Virus record (IMG/VR): IMGVR_UViG_3300021963_006915
Span: 37,378 to 101,377 of that record
Length of the DNA stretch: 64,000 bases
Source of the DNA: a virus
Lineage: Duplodnaviria > Caudoviricetes
Direction: 5' to 3' (one strand)
The notes under the pieces were generated by a model that was not told the DNA's origin, did no database searches, and worked only from the letters and a program-made list of their open reading frames with translations. Shown here piece by piece: positions 1 to 9,815 of the stretch (position 1 is the first letter of the stretch; each line of letters opens with the position of its first letter). The translations under genes were made by a program, and so were the position numbers.

Positions 1-583
1 ATTGAGACTTAGCATAGTTTTTATTATTTACTTGATCTGGTGTATCAATAAACTTAACATTTTCGTAGTCAACATGTTCTGTTACTTTCCAAGAATCATC
101 CCACATTTTACGATCTGCGAAGCTAATAATATACTTGTGTATATTGGTATGTGATCCATAATATGCAATGCTTTCGATTACATTAAATGCTTCCTTTGGA
201 AAGAAACTATCAGTCTCACCCCACATAATATAATCAACCTTTTTACAATAATTGTAATTAAGGTCTCTTCTGTAGTCAGCTACATTGTAAATTTCATCCG
301 AGTCCGTTTTTAACTCAATTACTAAATTTTGATCAAGAATACCTACGTCTTTGAGTTTTTGTATACCATCATAAAACTTATCGGATAGTTGATGTACATC
401 AATCTTTGAGGTATCAATCTTTTCAAAATATTGAGAAGTATTGAAACAAAAGTGTAGATAAATGTTTTCTTTGTTTTGTATTGGGTCAATTAGATTAATC
501 AATCCATCAACAAACTCCTTGTACATTTCTATTTCATAGAACATGACATGAGTACCTATGACATATTTTTTTGATAGTTTCAT
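1..583 (-). CDS. putative GT-A-like glycosyltransferase (runs off left edge)
   Basis: Not in the ORF track. ATG at 583-581 overlaps the stop of the upstream gene (TAATG). Frame is open to the window edge: MKLSKKYVIGTHVMFYE...VDYIMWGETDSFFP (ExD acidic motif). Confidence 0.55.
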   Translation of the reverse strand, partial: MKLSKKYVIGTHVMFYEIEMYKEFVDGLINLIDPIQNKENIYLHFCFNTSQYFEKIDTSKIDVHQLSDKFYDGIQKLKDVGILDQNLVIELKTDSDEIYNVADYRRDLNYNYCKKVDYIMWGETDSFFPKEAFNVIESIAYYGSHTNIHKYIISFADRKMWDDSWKVTEHVDYENVKFIDTPDQVNNKNYAKSQ

Positions 584-1593
584 TATGACAATATATTCTT
601 AATTACATGATTAACGATGTAGTTATCTGCGGATTTATGATAAAATACATCACGTTGATGATTTAATAAATTTATACTATAATCGTAGTTTGACAATGCA
701 AATCCAACAACATCTTTTAAATCAGAGAAATCAGACTTACAATCCAATGTAAATCCATCTCCATAAATAAATGGAGTACTTTTTACACATTCAATATTTG
801 GTTTAATAGTAGGAGTTCCAGCAACAATACATTCAACTTCTCTGATATTTACTTCTCCATAACCAAATGGAGATATACAAAGTTTGCTATCATACAGAGT
901 TTGCATGTATTTTTGTTTGTCTAACTTACCAGTAACTTCAGTGGTAATTACATTACAATCAAGTTTCTTGACTTCTTCAAATAGTTTTCTACGAGGACCA
1001 TTGTAATATTCGTCCACACGATTACCATGTTCATAGTTCTCTGGACATAGACCAATGAGTACAGCAACGTCGTGTTTTTTGTTTTTATTGATCTTGGCAA
1101 ATTCCATCTTGTTACCAAATGTATTTAACCAATTTGTGCCACTATGTACCAATCGTTCATTCAATAATTCTAGGTCAGTAGATGGTACACTATATCCATT
1201 GTCATCTTCACCCCAAAACCATCTACCATTTGGAAACTTCTTGGTATAAGATGAATAATCTTTCAATACAACGTTTTTTGCTAGTTTAAAGCCTGGCACT
1301 TTGCTAAAAACATCCCATACTCCCATCAAAGAAGATGAATCTTGACCATCAAATAACACATATGGAGCATCTAAATTTTCTAGAAACTTACATCCAAGAT
1401 CAACTGATTCTTGAAGAGACACTTTTTTATTTACAACAGATGCTTGACCAACCCAATACATGTCTGGGTTTTCATTTACGAATTCAATACCATATTCATT
1501 AAATGTTTGTATTGCACTTAGATATGGTCTAAATGTGGTTTCGTTACGATGCTTTTCTAGTTCTAATATTTGAATTTTCACGTTTGAATACAA
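583..1593 (-). CDS. glycosyltransferase-like protein (GT-B / exostosin-like C-terminus)
   Basis: C-terminal YMQTLYDSKLCISPFGYGEVNIREVECIVAGTPTIKP motif; sits in a GT operon. Confidence 0.65.
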   Translation of the reverse strand: MYSNVKIQILELEKHRNETTFRPYLSAIQTFNEYGIEFVNENPDMYWVGQASVVNKKVSLQESVDLGCKFLENLDAPYVLFDGQDSSSLMGVWDVFSKVPGFKLAKNVVLKDYSSYTKKFPNGRWFWGEDDNGYSVPSTDLELLNERLVHSGTNWLNTFGNKMEFAKINKNKKHDVAVLIGLCPENYEHGNRVDEYYNGPRRKLFEEVKKLDCNVITTEVTGKLDKQKYMQTLYDSKLCISPFGYGEVNIREVECIVAGTPTIKPNIECVKSTPFIYGDGFTLDCKSDFSDLKDVVGFALSNYDYSINLLNHQRDVFYHKSADNYIVNHVIKNILS

Positions 1594-2150
1594 ATTACAC
1601 CCTCATAGTCTGATAGTGGTGATGTAAATTGTTTGTTGGGTTCATAACCAATATATTTAACAACTTTTATCTTACCAGTACTAATCAAAGTATTTACTGC
1701 ACTTTTAACTGGGGCACAAATGCCATAGTCATCATAAATAATATATTTCTTATAATCTGATTGTACATTATTTAAACAATTAAGTGTATCTTTAATTACC
1801 GCATCATGTTCGTGCAACGCATCTATAAAGAATACATCGCCACGTTCTAATGGTAAAGGTCCACTATATAAGTCATGACATACGAACTTAATATTATCAA
1901 TTCCATCTACAAACTTTTTTGCACTATTGATACGACCTTCACTAATTTCAAATCCCACTAATTGTTTAAATAAGTGACTCAATAGATATGAAGAATGACC
2001 ATTATATACTCCTAATTCAACACAAATACGATCTTTAAACTCGGGTTTATTAAAGAATTCATATAGATCAGACTTAAACTTTTGTGACGTAGTATTTCTA
2101 CATTCAAATTTGTCTGGAATTTTATTCAATATTTCGGCCAATGTTTTCAT
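1578..2150 (-). CDS. class I SAM methyltransferase (Methyltransf_24-like)
   Basis: VELGVYNGHS, FFIDALH and IIYDDY motifs. Confidence 0.8.
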   Translation of the reverse strand: MKTLAEILNKIPDKFECRNTTSQKFKSDLYEFFNKPEFKDRICVELGVYNGHSSYLLSHLFKQLVGFEISEGRINSAKKFVDGIDNIKFVCHDLYSGPLPLERGDVFFIDALHEHDAVIKDTLNCLNNVQSDYKKYIIYDDYGICAPVKSAVNTLISTGKIKVVKYIGYEPNKQFTSPLSDYEGVICIQT

Positions 2151-2818
2151 ACTTTTTCAATTAATACCTGCCATTCCTTAATCAATAGGTTGTATTTACC
2201 TTTGTAACACTCCAAGAATGCTTCGATACCATATCTACATTTACCCCAACCATAATCATCAAATAGGATAAATCCACCTTTCTTTAGCAATTCAAAACTA
2301 ATTGCGGCTTCATACATAACATAGTCTGGTTCATGACATCCATCAAGATAGATGAAGTCAAATGCGTTTTTAGGATCGTTACCAACAAACTTAGATCCCA
2401 AAGTGCCACCATACAACTTACGGAAAAACTCTTTGGAGTCAGTGACATAAAACTCACATTTGTTTTTATCAATATATGGTTGTAGATTTTGGGTCAATGT
2501 CAGTGAAAGAGAATCGCCAAAGTCAAATGATAGATCACCCTTCTTATAACTACGTTCATCTTGAATATCTACCGTAATGATCTTGGAACTTGGGTGGGTT
2601 AAAACATTTTCCAACATCCACACTGAAGATCTACCATGCCCAGTACCAATTTCTAAGAATGTTAAATTCTCTTGATCAAGAAATCTGGTGAAGTAGGAAC
2701 TCCAAACAGGAATGTTTAGGGTAAAATCATCCTTTGGGCTAAAGAAATGATCTGGATACGTGTAGTAATCGTGTTTTGTAAAGTCTCCGTATTTGGCTCT
2801 TAGTTCTTTGTTTGTCAT
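2147..2818 (-). CDS. class I SAM methyltransferase (Methyltransf_24-like)
   Basis: LEIGTGHGRS, FDFIYLDGCH and LKKGGFILFDDY motifs. Confidence 0.85.
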   Translation of the reverse strand: MTNKELRAKYGDFTKHDYYTYPDHFFSPKDDFTLNIPVWSSYFTRFLDQENLTFLEIGTGHGRSSVWMLENVLTHPSSKIITVDIQDERSYKKGDLSFDFGDSLSLTLTQNLQPYIDKNKCEFYVTDSKEFFRKLYGGTLGSKFVGNDPKNAFDFIYLDGCHEPDYVMYEAAISFELLKKGGFILFDDYGWGKCRYGIEAFLECYKGKYNLLIKEWQVLIEKV

Positions 2819-2819
2819 A

Positions 2820-3467
2820 TTATTTTACGTTATAACCTCGGTTTTCTTCGTCTGTAAACATTTTGTTATAGTTCAAGTTGGTTTGTCTTTGTTTCTCAAT
2901 AGTTTTCTCATGAACAATTGCATAATCTTTTTGAGGAGGAACAAATGTATAAGTTTTAAATCCTTCAACCTTTTCATGTAAACGACGTTGATATCGAATA
3001 TGTGAAAGATTTCTATAGATGCGGGATTGGTAATCTGGGAAATTAATCATACCATCATGATAATTCCATCCCCAAGTCTTTACATCCAACTCAGTAACTC
3101 CAGCAAAGTAATTTAGTCTTGGTAACCAAAGTACTTCGTTGTTGTTATTGGATTCCAATACCGCATCTATATTTTCTAAAAGGAGGTCTGTTGGATATTC
3201 GTCTCCATCAAGCTGGAATATCCAATTACCTTTGCATTGTTCAATACCATAGTTTTTGTGTGATCCGTAATTACGATCTAGTCTGTGTTGATGGAACGAC
3301 GTTTGTTCTTTATATTTTTGTATAATGTCCAGAGTTTCTGGATTATCTGAATAATCATCAAGAAGAACAATCTCATGGTTATCCTTTCTGTTTTGTACCA
3401 ACTTGGACAATAATTTATCCAAGCTAGAAGTTTCATTATGACAGGTGACTAGATATGACAAAAACAT
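2820..3467 (-). CDS. glycosyltransferase family 2
   Basis: LLDDYS, WIFQLDGDE, FPDYQSRIY and LHEKV motifs. Confidence 0.85.
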   Translation of the reverse strand: MFLSYLVTCHNETSSLDKLLSKLVQNRKDNHEIVLLDDYSDNPETLDIIQKYKEQTSFHQHRLDRNYGSHKNYGIEQCKGNWIFQLDGDEYPTDLLLENIDAVLESNNNNEVLWLPRLNYFAGVTELDVKTWGWNYHDGMINFPDYQSRIYRNLSHIRYQRRLHEKVEGFKTYTFVPPQKDYAIVHEKTIEKQRQTNLNYNKMFTDEENRGYNVK

Positions 3468-3468
3468 A

Positions 3469-4812
3469 TTATTGCATCTTTAGTTTTGGTAATACTAATT
3501 TATCAGTAGCACTTGCAACTGAACTACCTACTGATTTTAATTTGGGTAGAACAAACTTATTCTCAGTGGCAAATTCTGGAACATATTTGTCCATAATAGA
3601 CCACAACTTTGTATCCATTGCCTGTAAACTAAACTTTTCAGCATTTTCAGCACGTAGATATTCAGCCTTTTGAATAACTTTATCATTATTTCTATTCTGA
3701 TAGATATACTTCAACTTATCTTCAGCTAGTGAATAAGATACTCTAAACCACTTGCTTTCTTTAATAATCCATTCGTTGACTGATTTTTTATCAACATCAA
3801 CCAAAGTACCAGGTAATAGATTTGCATTTGATGGATTCAAATAGTCCAAATGACCACTCCAGTTTGGAGCAAGAAGTGGCTTGCCACTCAATGTTGATAA
3901 CAACATAGGATGACCAAAACCTTCACCATGGGTAAATGATATGTGACTGATTACTTTTGGATGATTGAACAAACTATTCATTTCAACATCGTTCAATTCA
4001 CCATGTAGTAGATATACACTTGGAGAATTTGGACTTACTTCATTACGAATCTTGTTGATTCTTTCGAGTGTGTCAAATCGATCAACGGTTGAATAACCAG
4101 CTCCATTTGTTTTCAAAATCAAACAAGGTCTATTGTTTGGTTCAAAGTTTTTGAAAGCGTTGCAGAATGTTTTGATAAGGTTTCCAATATCCTTACGATC
4201 ATTGTATAAACCTTGGTGTGTCCATTGACCAACAAACAAAAATGCATGTTTTTCTGAAATCTTGGACAACGCACTATCAACGTTTGGTTCGATGATGTCG
4301 GTTTTCTTGTAGATATCTGTATTGGCTCCCCAGAAACATACTTCAATAGGTTTGTTTACTTCGATGGACTCTTCTCTACCATTTTCAAGCTTCTTTTTGT
4401 ATTTGGTATCTTGGAAGGTCTTCTTTACATGATTTGACAAACCAATGGTTAGATCCATACGATTTACACCCTCAATCCATTCACCGGCACAGGCGGTTGT
4501 TTCAATACCTGCGGTCATACCAATATTATACTTACCAACCTTTTGAAACTCATTTGGAATGGTAACTTGAATAAATAACTCTGGTTGTTTATCCAATCCC
4601 TTTTGTAGGAACTTAGAGAATAGTAATTGATCGTTTGGATCATTTAGTTCTTCTACGAATCTCTTGGTTTGACAATTGCCCCAACGTGTTGGAAGAATCT
4701 TTACGTCATACTTATCTTGACGAATTAGACTCTTGGCAATTGTGGTAGCCCAATCTCCATAACCACTACGATTAAAGACTGGTCCTTGAATTACGCATAC
4801 TGGCTTGCTCAT
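3469..4812 (-). CDS. GT-B glycosyltransferase (GT4-like)
   Basis: N-terminal SGYG, RKDIGNLIK and HGEGFGHPMLL donor-binding motif. Confidence 0.8.
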   Translation of the reverse strand: MSKPVCVIQGPVFNRSGYGDWATTIAKSLIRQDKYDVKILPTRWGNCQTKRFVEELNDPNDQLLFSKFLQKGLDKQPELFIQVTIPNEFQKVGKYNIGMTAGIETTACAGEWIEGVNRMDLTIGLSNHVKKTFQDTKYKKKLENGREESIEVNKPIEVCFWGANTDIYKKTDIIEPNVDSALSKISEKHAFLFVGQWTHQGLYNDRKDIGNLIKTFCNAFKNFEPNNRPCLILKTNGAGYSTVDRFDTLERINKIRNEVSPNSPSVYLLHGELNDVEMNSLFNHPKVISHISFTHGEGFGHPMLLSTLSGKPLLAPNWSGHLDYLNPSNANLLPGTLVDVDKKSVNEWIIKESKWFRVSYSLAEDKLKYIYQNRNNDKVIQKAEYLRAENAEKFSLQAMDTKLWSIMDKYVPEFATENKFVLPKLKSVGSSVASATDKLVLPKLKMQ

Positions 4813-4813
4813 A

Positions 4814-5494
4814 TTATTGTAAGTTCCTTTCTTTCATTAACTCTGTATATTTTTTAGATGGAGTAGGTACGCCACCAACCTTATTGTATAATGCTTCCAT
4901 TGTAGTCATATGTTTACTAGCATCTTCGGCACTTGGAGCTTTTTTGGTATCTGTACTTCCAAAACCACCTTCACCTCGACTGGTAGTATCCAATTCATTT
5001 ACCAAAACAAACTGTATATTTTCTACTCTGGTTGCTTTGAGTTGGCAAACTTTATCACCTTTTTTATAGATTTTGTTGCTATTAACGATGCCTTCTAAAA
5101 GACTATCTTTGGTGATTCTATAATCTTCTGGTTGCCAGATATACTTGAAACGTAGCAATACTTCTCCACGATAATCTGCGTCGATTAATCCAATACAATT
5201 AGCTAATACTAAATTGTACTTGCTAACACTACTACGTGGAAATGCTAATACATCATGATCAATATCTGTATAACCAAAGTTACTAAACTCACGTTCTTTT
5301 TGAACGGCTAGTTTAAGGTTAGTCTTATATTGAATATAATCTACTCTGGTATATGTGATATTATCTTTTGTTTCACCAACAATCTCGGGTTCACTTGTAG
5401 CAACTATATCATAACCAGTAGCACGATCTGTACCCTTCTTTGGTAGATCTTCTACGTCTTGATAGATTTCGTTTTTAAGTACTTGAATTTTCAT
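4814..5494 (-). CDS. dut: trimeric dUTPase
   Basis: Motifs GYD, PRSS, GLIDADYRGE, VCQL and RGEGGFGST, followed by a C-terminal extension. Confidence 0.9.
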   Translation of the reverse strand: MKIQVLKNEIYQDVEDLPKKGTDRATGYDIVATSEPEIVGETKDNITYTRVDYIQYKTNLKLAVQKEREFSNFGYTDIDHDVLAFPRSSVSKYNLVLANCIGLIDADYRGEVLLRFKYIWQPEDYRITKDSLLEGIVNSNKIYKKGDKVCQLKATRVENIQFVLVNELDTTSRGEGGFGSTDTKKAPSAEDASKHMTTMEALYNKVGGVPTPSKKYTELMKERNLQ

Positions 5495-6462
5495 AGACTG
5501 GACACCTCTTTTTTGATTTTATCAACGTCAATTTTGTGTAAATCAAATCCTAAAGCATTGTCTGGCAATGACTTAGTATTGTATCCGTCGAATGTAAACA
5601 AGTCAAACTTATTAACAGGCTTAAAGTTATTTAATGTAAAGTCCATGGCTTTGATAAACTGATCGCACATATTCTTTGAATTAATACCACCTTCATTCAT
5701 TGCCCAACGACGACCTTCTTTACCACACTCTTCACGCTTTTGAGAGCCAGCCAAATACCAATACATAATAGCATCTGCAATATCACTATAATTGGTCATG
5801 TCATCCAAGATGTATGGTGTAGGAGGACTACCTTGCACATTATGCACCTTGGTCCAGACTGGCTTAGCCCACTTGCCATGGTTCTTATATCGTCCAGTAC
5901 AATTTGTACCAAAGTCACGATTGAATTCAATTGGATTACCATTATCATCTGTAATACCCAATTGATCTTGTAGACCACCGGTGACGGCAGCAATAACTGG
6001 AGTTTCACACATCAATGATTCTGCGATACTAAGACCAAATCCTTCATTGGAACTTACATTTGCTATAACATCACAGATGTTATAGAAAGCAACCATTTCT
6101 TCGGGAGTCTTTCGACTATCATCAAAAATAACATTGCATTCTGGAGCAATTGCTTTTGTAGTAGCTGGTAGGTCAGTACCAGCTTCACAAACTTCATCTG
6201 TATGAAGTAATAATGCACATTTAGCAGCTTCTTCTTTGGTTAATGTAGAACAAAATGCTTTAAATGCTAGAATTAGATTGGCAGGATGTTTGCGGTGAGC
6301 ATTTCTGCTGTTGAATCCAACTACGAAGTTATATTCCTTATCTTTGAAATATTCTTTCTTCAACTTAACAATAGATTGATGTTTGCTATCAAGTGCTTTG
6401 AATTCGTCACTATTGATACCATGTGGTACTAGATGTAATAAATGTTTTCCTTTTACTGGCAT
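5491..6462 (-). CDS. GT4-like glycosyltransferase, C-terminal part (split gene)
   Basis: VPHGIN, RNAHRKH and SSNEGFGLSIAESL motifs; lacks the N-terminal Rossmann domain. Confidence 0.8.
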   Translation of the reverse strand: MPVKGKHLLHLVPHGINSDEFKALDSKHQSIVKLKKEYFKDKEYNFVVGFNSRNAHRKHPANLILAFKAFCSTLTKEEAAKCALLLHTDEVCEAGTDLPATTKAIAPECNVIFDDSRKTPEEMVAFYNICDVIANVSSNEGFGLSIAESLMCETPVIAAVTGGLQDQLGITDDNGNPIEFNRDFGTNCTGRYKNHGKWAKPVWTKVHNVQGSPPTPYILDDMTNYSDIADAIMYWYLAGSQKREECGKEGRRWAMNEGGINSKNMCDQFIKAMDFTLNNFKPVNKFDLFTFDGYNTKSLPDNALGFDLHKIDVDKIKKEVSSL

Positions 6463-6465
6463 AAA

Positions 6466-7008
6466 TTATCCTTTAATAATGTTTCCGTTGTTGTCAAAAT
6501 CACCATAGATACTGGTACAATTTTCTGGTCCTAGTACCCATTTGTTGATATTATCAGTTTGTCTACTAATTGCAAACAATGCATCACAACACTTGTAGAA
6601 TGGTTTGTTCCACATTGGGTATGGTAGATCGTCCCAAATGTCTAGATATGTTAGTGGAATCTTGGCACGAATTTGATGTTCAATGTTATACAACCAACCC
6701 CAGAAACGTGGGTCTGTGAAGTGCATAATTGCATCTGGCTTTTCATGAGCAATTAGTTGAAACAACAATTCTTCGTTACCATAACCATCGGCTGGATATA
6801 GTCTTAGATAATTGTCATTACGACCATTTAGTTTATCGCATGCTTCTTTCATGTCAATAACCTTACCTTGTTCTGGGTGTTTGATTGCTCCTGCGATTTG
6901 AACCCAATCGTAGTGGTGAAGTGTACCTAAAACTAATTCTCTGCTCATGGTGGCTACACCACTATGCATTCTTAGATCGTCACTCAATAATAGTATCTTT
7001 TTTTTCAT
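6466..7008 (-). CDS. GT4-like glycosyltransferase, N-terminal part (split gene)
   Basis: KKKILLLSDDLRMHSGVATMS, EKPDAIMHFTDPRFW and IWDDLPYP motifs; in frame with 5491..6462 across a single TAA. Confidence 0.75.
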   Translation of the reverse strand: MKKKILLLSDDLRMHSGVATMSRELVLGTLHHYDWVQIAGAIKHPEQGKVIDMKEACDKLNGRNDNYLRLYPADGYGNEELLFQLIAHEKPDAIMHFTDPRFWGWLYNIEHQIRAKIPLTYLDIWDDLPYPMWNKPFYKCCDALFAISRQTDNINKWVLGPENCTSIYGDFDNNGNIIKG

Positions 7009-7226
7009 TATTTATCCTTGGAGTTTGAAAGTTGAAATGGCTTATTGAAGCTTAGCTTTTGCACAACACTTTCACTGATTGCGTTTCTAAAGTTAGCATC
7101 GTCAATGTATCGTTCAAGACATTTATTTACAAAGTCTTGAAAAGATATTTTGCTTCTGACGTTGATTTCTTTGAATTGTGAGTACAACTCATTGTCTAGT
7201 TTTACTGTTGTAACAAATTGATCCAT
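7008..7226 (-). CDS. small ribbon-helix-helix-like DNA-binding protein
   Basis: Likely start MDQFVTTVKLDNELYSQFKE...SFQDFVNKCLERYI gives a beta-strand/helix/helix pattern. Confidence 0.5.
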   Translation of the reverse strand: MDQFVTTVKLDNELYSQFKEINVRSKISFQDFVNKCLERYIDDANFRNAISESVVQKLSFNKPFQLSNSKDK

Positions 7227-7237
7227 AACATATTTAC

Positions 7238-7257
7238 ATATATACATATGTATATAT
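7238..7257. promoter_or_regulatory. perfect 20-bp palindrome ATATATACATATGTATATAT upstream of the RHH-like gene and GT operon
   Basis: The sequence equals its own reverse complement and contains TATGTAT on both strands. Confidence 0.5.
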
Positions 7258-7274
7258 TCACAAATGTGCTATTT

Positions 7275-8153
7275 TTATTTGCTAGCTTTGCCATCACATA
7301 GTTTTTTGTAATGGGTGCAGTACTTACAATTCTTTTTTCCGTTACCTGGAATCTTAATGTATTGATTTTCTAAGTTATATGTACCATCTTCTTTGAAACC
7401 GTGATTTAAGAATTCAATGAAGTTATTGATAGATTCTTTGATAGAAGTGGGACCGGATGGTGGTCTGAATATTTGAATTCTGCTTTGTGGAAAGCTAACG
7501 TTTTCATAAAGTTTGCGTTTAACGATGAAGAATTCAACCTCAATGCTATTTAGAGGTACATTGAATTTTTTACTATAAACGCTTTTGTATAAATGAAGCT
7601 GAGCGATTTTGCTTTCATCTTCCTTCATGTAACTATTCCAACCACTACTACTTGTTTTGAAGTCAATAATTTTGAAATACTCTCGGTTCTTTTCTTTGAG
7701 GATAATATCTACGAATCCAACGAAGTTTACATTATTTTTGATTGGAATCTCCAGTGGAATTTCAATACCTACTAGGTCATAATCTTTGGTGGGAAAGTGT
7801 TTTAATCTATTTGCAGACTTACAAAAGGTATCAATGATATCATGACCATCAAATATGAATTCAGTCACATCATCTTCTTTTAGATCTTTTACCTTTTTAA
7901 TTTCCTCATTGAATTTATCCAAGAACAATTTCTTGACATCCAATGCATCTGCAATACCTACACCTTCATTGTATAGGGAAGTCAAATATGTTTGAAAAGC
8001 ATGATGAATTGCGGTACCAAAGGTGGTGTGGATGCTATCGTCCTTGATACGCAAGTTCTTCGCATAGTCAAGATACCATTTATGTGGACATTTCAAGTAA
8101 GTTGAATACTGACTGAAACTGACCCGATTCTTTTTTATTTCTTGTACTTCCAT
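7275..8153 (-). CDS. PD-(D/E)XK nuclease, Cas4/RecB/AddB-like, probable Fe-S
   Basis: SFSQYSTYLKCP, FGTAIH, GFVD and IIDFKT motifs; C-terminal CKYC-x6-C plus an N-terminal Cys. Confidence 0.85.
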   Translation of the reverse strand: MEVQEIKKNRVSFSQYSTYLKCPHKWYLDYAKNLRIKDDSIHTTFGTAIHHAFQTYLTSLYNEGVGIADALDVKKLFLDKFNEEIKKVKDLKEDDVTEFIFDGHDIIDTFCKSANRLKHFPTKDYDLVGIEIPLEIPIKNNVNFVGFVDIILKEKNREYFKIIDFKTSSSGWNSYMKEDESKIAQLHLYKSVYSKKFNVPLNSIEVEFFIVKRKLYENVSFPQSRIQIFRPPSGPTSIKESINNFIEFLNHGFKEDGTYNLENQYIKIPGNGKKNCKYCTHYKKLCDGKASK

Positions 8154-8212
8154 AGATTCTATAGTATACCATAAGTAACATTCGTCAATTTATAACAACT
8201 ATTTATTAACAT

Positions 8213-8953
8213 ATGAAAAAAGTATTATTAATTTTATTAAGTTCACTTTCACTTCTTGCAAATAACGTTATGTTATATGATTTTAGTGGTAATGTGGGTG
8301 TATCAGAAGTTGTTGACAATAAGTTAAATGATAAGGTTGCTGTAACAGGTATAACATTTTCATTGACCAATGGTTTGAGTATAAAGACCGAAACAAATGG
8401 TGTGGTGAGTTACATGGTACCACATCGTATTGCTTTTACACAATCAGAAGGCAGTGCTGTTTATTTTAATGGTGACGTTATTACATATGCTAATGATTCT
8501 AGTGTACCACATGTAGTTAAAGTAAAAGATTCATCATTTAGCTTTTCTTTATTGGGTCAATTGTATGTGGTATCTGAATCAGACAAATCAAGTACTATTG
8601 GTACAGGTGTAGGAAATATTGCATATGATAAGGCTAAACTATTCATTAAGGCTGGTGAAAAGTATACCCATGTATATGTTGTGGAGGGCAAGGCTATCGT
8701 TTATGATAACAAGTCTAAAAAGAAGAAGGATTTGAAAGAGGGAGATTATTTGGTTATTACTCCACACGTAGCATTAAGTCCAAGAGAAAGTACAATTAGT
8801 ACATCTGGTAATTCATTCAGTGTTAAGGAAGTGGAAGATGAAGAAAAACAAGTACACATCAAAGAGATTGAAAACCTTCAACGTAAATTAAAAGATACAA
8901 TCTTTATTAATTATGGATCAAATATTTTTGGTGTTAAGTTAGGGTTGCCATAA
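8213..8953 (+). CDS. secreted FecR-like beta-rich protein
   Basis: Signal peptide MKKVLLILLSSLSLLA; THVYVVEGKAIV...LKEGDYLVIT resembles the FecR domain end. Confidence 0.5.
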   Translation: MKKVLLILLSSLSLLANNVMLYDFSGNVGVSEVVDNKLNDKVAVTGITFSLTNGLSIKTETNGVVSYMVPHRIAFTQSEGSAVYFNGDVITYANDSSVPHVVKVKDSSFSFSLLGQLYVVSESDKSSTIGTGVGNIAYDKAKLFIKAGEKYTHVYVVEGKAIVYDNKSKKKKDLKEGDYLVITPHVALSPRESTISTSGNSFSVKEVEDEEKQVHIKEIENLQRKLKDTIFINYGSNIFGVKLGLP

Positions 8954-9565
8954 ACCAATACCACCATAGTGTTCTCTTTCAGAACCCATGTAGTAATGTG
9001 CATTAGATCGTTGACAAATTATCTCAGTTTTACTTCCATAGTTTAATTCTTTCCAGAATTGATCTACTTGTACATTGGCGGCTTGTTTAAATACGTGATT
9101 TGGATCTATATCATGGAATCCAATATAACCTCTGGGACTTAATAAACTTTTATATAGTTCAAAATCACGTTTTACACCATCATAGGTATGATCTCCATCT
9201 ATGAATATAAAATCATATGAATCACATGTATTTTTAACTTTTTGATATGTTTCTTCTAAATGTGAATTGGCTTTAATAAAAACAAAATCTTCGTTATACA
9301 TGTAAAGATGTATATTGAATTGATATTGATCGTCAATATCTACACCCACCTTTTTTCCTGTGGAGAATTTGTTGAACATATAGAATGTTCCGCCTTTACA
9401 TCCTATTTCAAGTATATTGTGTGGTTTGAATGAATGTAAGAAATATGATAACATTGTAAATTCTTCTTTTACCTGTTGAATATAATTTCTGTTGATTATT
9501 ACAGGAGATAGACAATGCTCTACAACATTTTTAACTTCGTCATTTTTCATAAAACTCTTTGTCAT
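8939..9565 (-). CDS. class I SAM methyltransferase (Methyltransf_24-like)
   Basis: LEIGCKGGT, YDFIFIDGDHTYDGVKRD and GFHDI motifs. Start reassigned to 9565 (or 9550) because the longer ORF overlaps the divergent gene. Confidence 0.85.
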   Translation of the reverse strand: MTKSFMKNDEVKNVVEHCLSPVIINRNYIQQVKEEFTMLSYFLHSFKPHNILEIGCKGGTFYMFNKFSTGKKVGVDIDDQYQFNIHLYMYNEDFVFIKANSHLEETYQKVKNTCDSYDFIFIDGDHTYDGVKRDFELYKSLLSPRGYIGFHDIDPNHVFKQAANVQVDQFWKELNYGSKTEIICQRSNAHYYMGSEREHYGGIGLWQP

Positions 9566-9578
9566 ATATATAGAGGTT

Positions 9579-9809
9579 ATGACGATAGACCAATTAAAAT
9601 CTTTGACTGAAGATGAATTATCAATGTTGTGGTTTTGTATAAATAAAGTAAATCCCCCAATATTAAAAGAAATAGAATTAGAACCTGTATTATTCACATC
9701 AATTAACCACAAAAAGTTGATGAATCGGTTGAATCAATGTAAAGTTCACGTTAAAGCCGAACATCAGCAAGTTTATGATGGACTTGTGAGCAAGTTGACT
9801 GTAAGATAA
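9579..9809 (+). CDS. hypothetical protein upstream of the DNA polymerase
   Basis: ATG at 9579 preceded by GAGG; MTIDQLKSLTEDEL... Confidence 0.6.
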   Translation: MTIDQLKSLTEDELSMLWFCINKVNPPILKEIELEPVLFTSINHKKLMNRLNQCKVHVKAEHQQVYDGLVSKLTVR

Positions 9810-9815
9810 CTGGGT

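Noticed and set aside
6463-6468. Alternative genetic code (stop recoding) explaining the split GT
   Set aside because: The interrupting codon is TAA, which ends many genes here. TAG and TGA also act as normal stops, and long genes are intact under code 11.
3469-7008. GT-B genes beside dUTPase as T4-style DNA glucosylation
   Set aside because: No dCMP hydroxymethylase or other base-modification gene is in the window, and the GT diversity fits oligosaccharide synthesis better. It cannot be excluded for individual GT4-like genes.
7275-8153. Cas4-like nuclease as evidence of a CRISPR-Cas system
   Set aside because: No repeat-spacer array or other cas genes are visible, and intergenic gaps are too short. 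Solo Cas4/RecB-like nucleases are common in phages.
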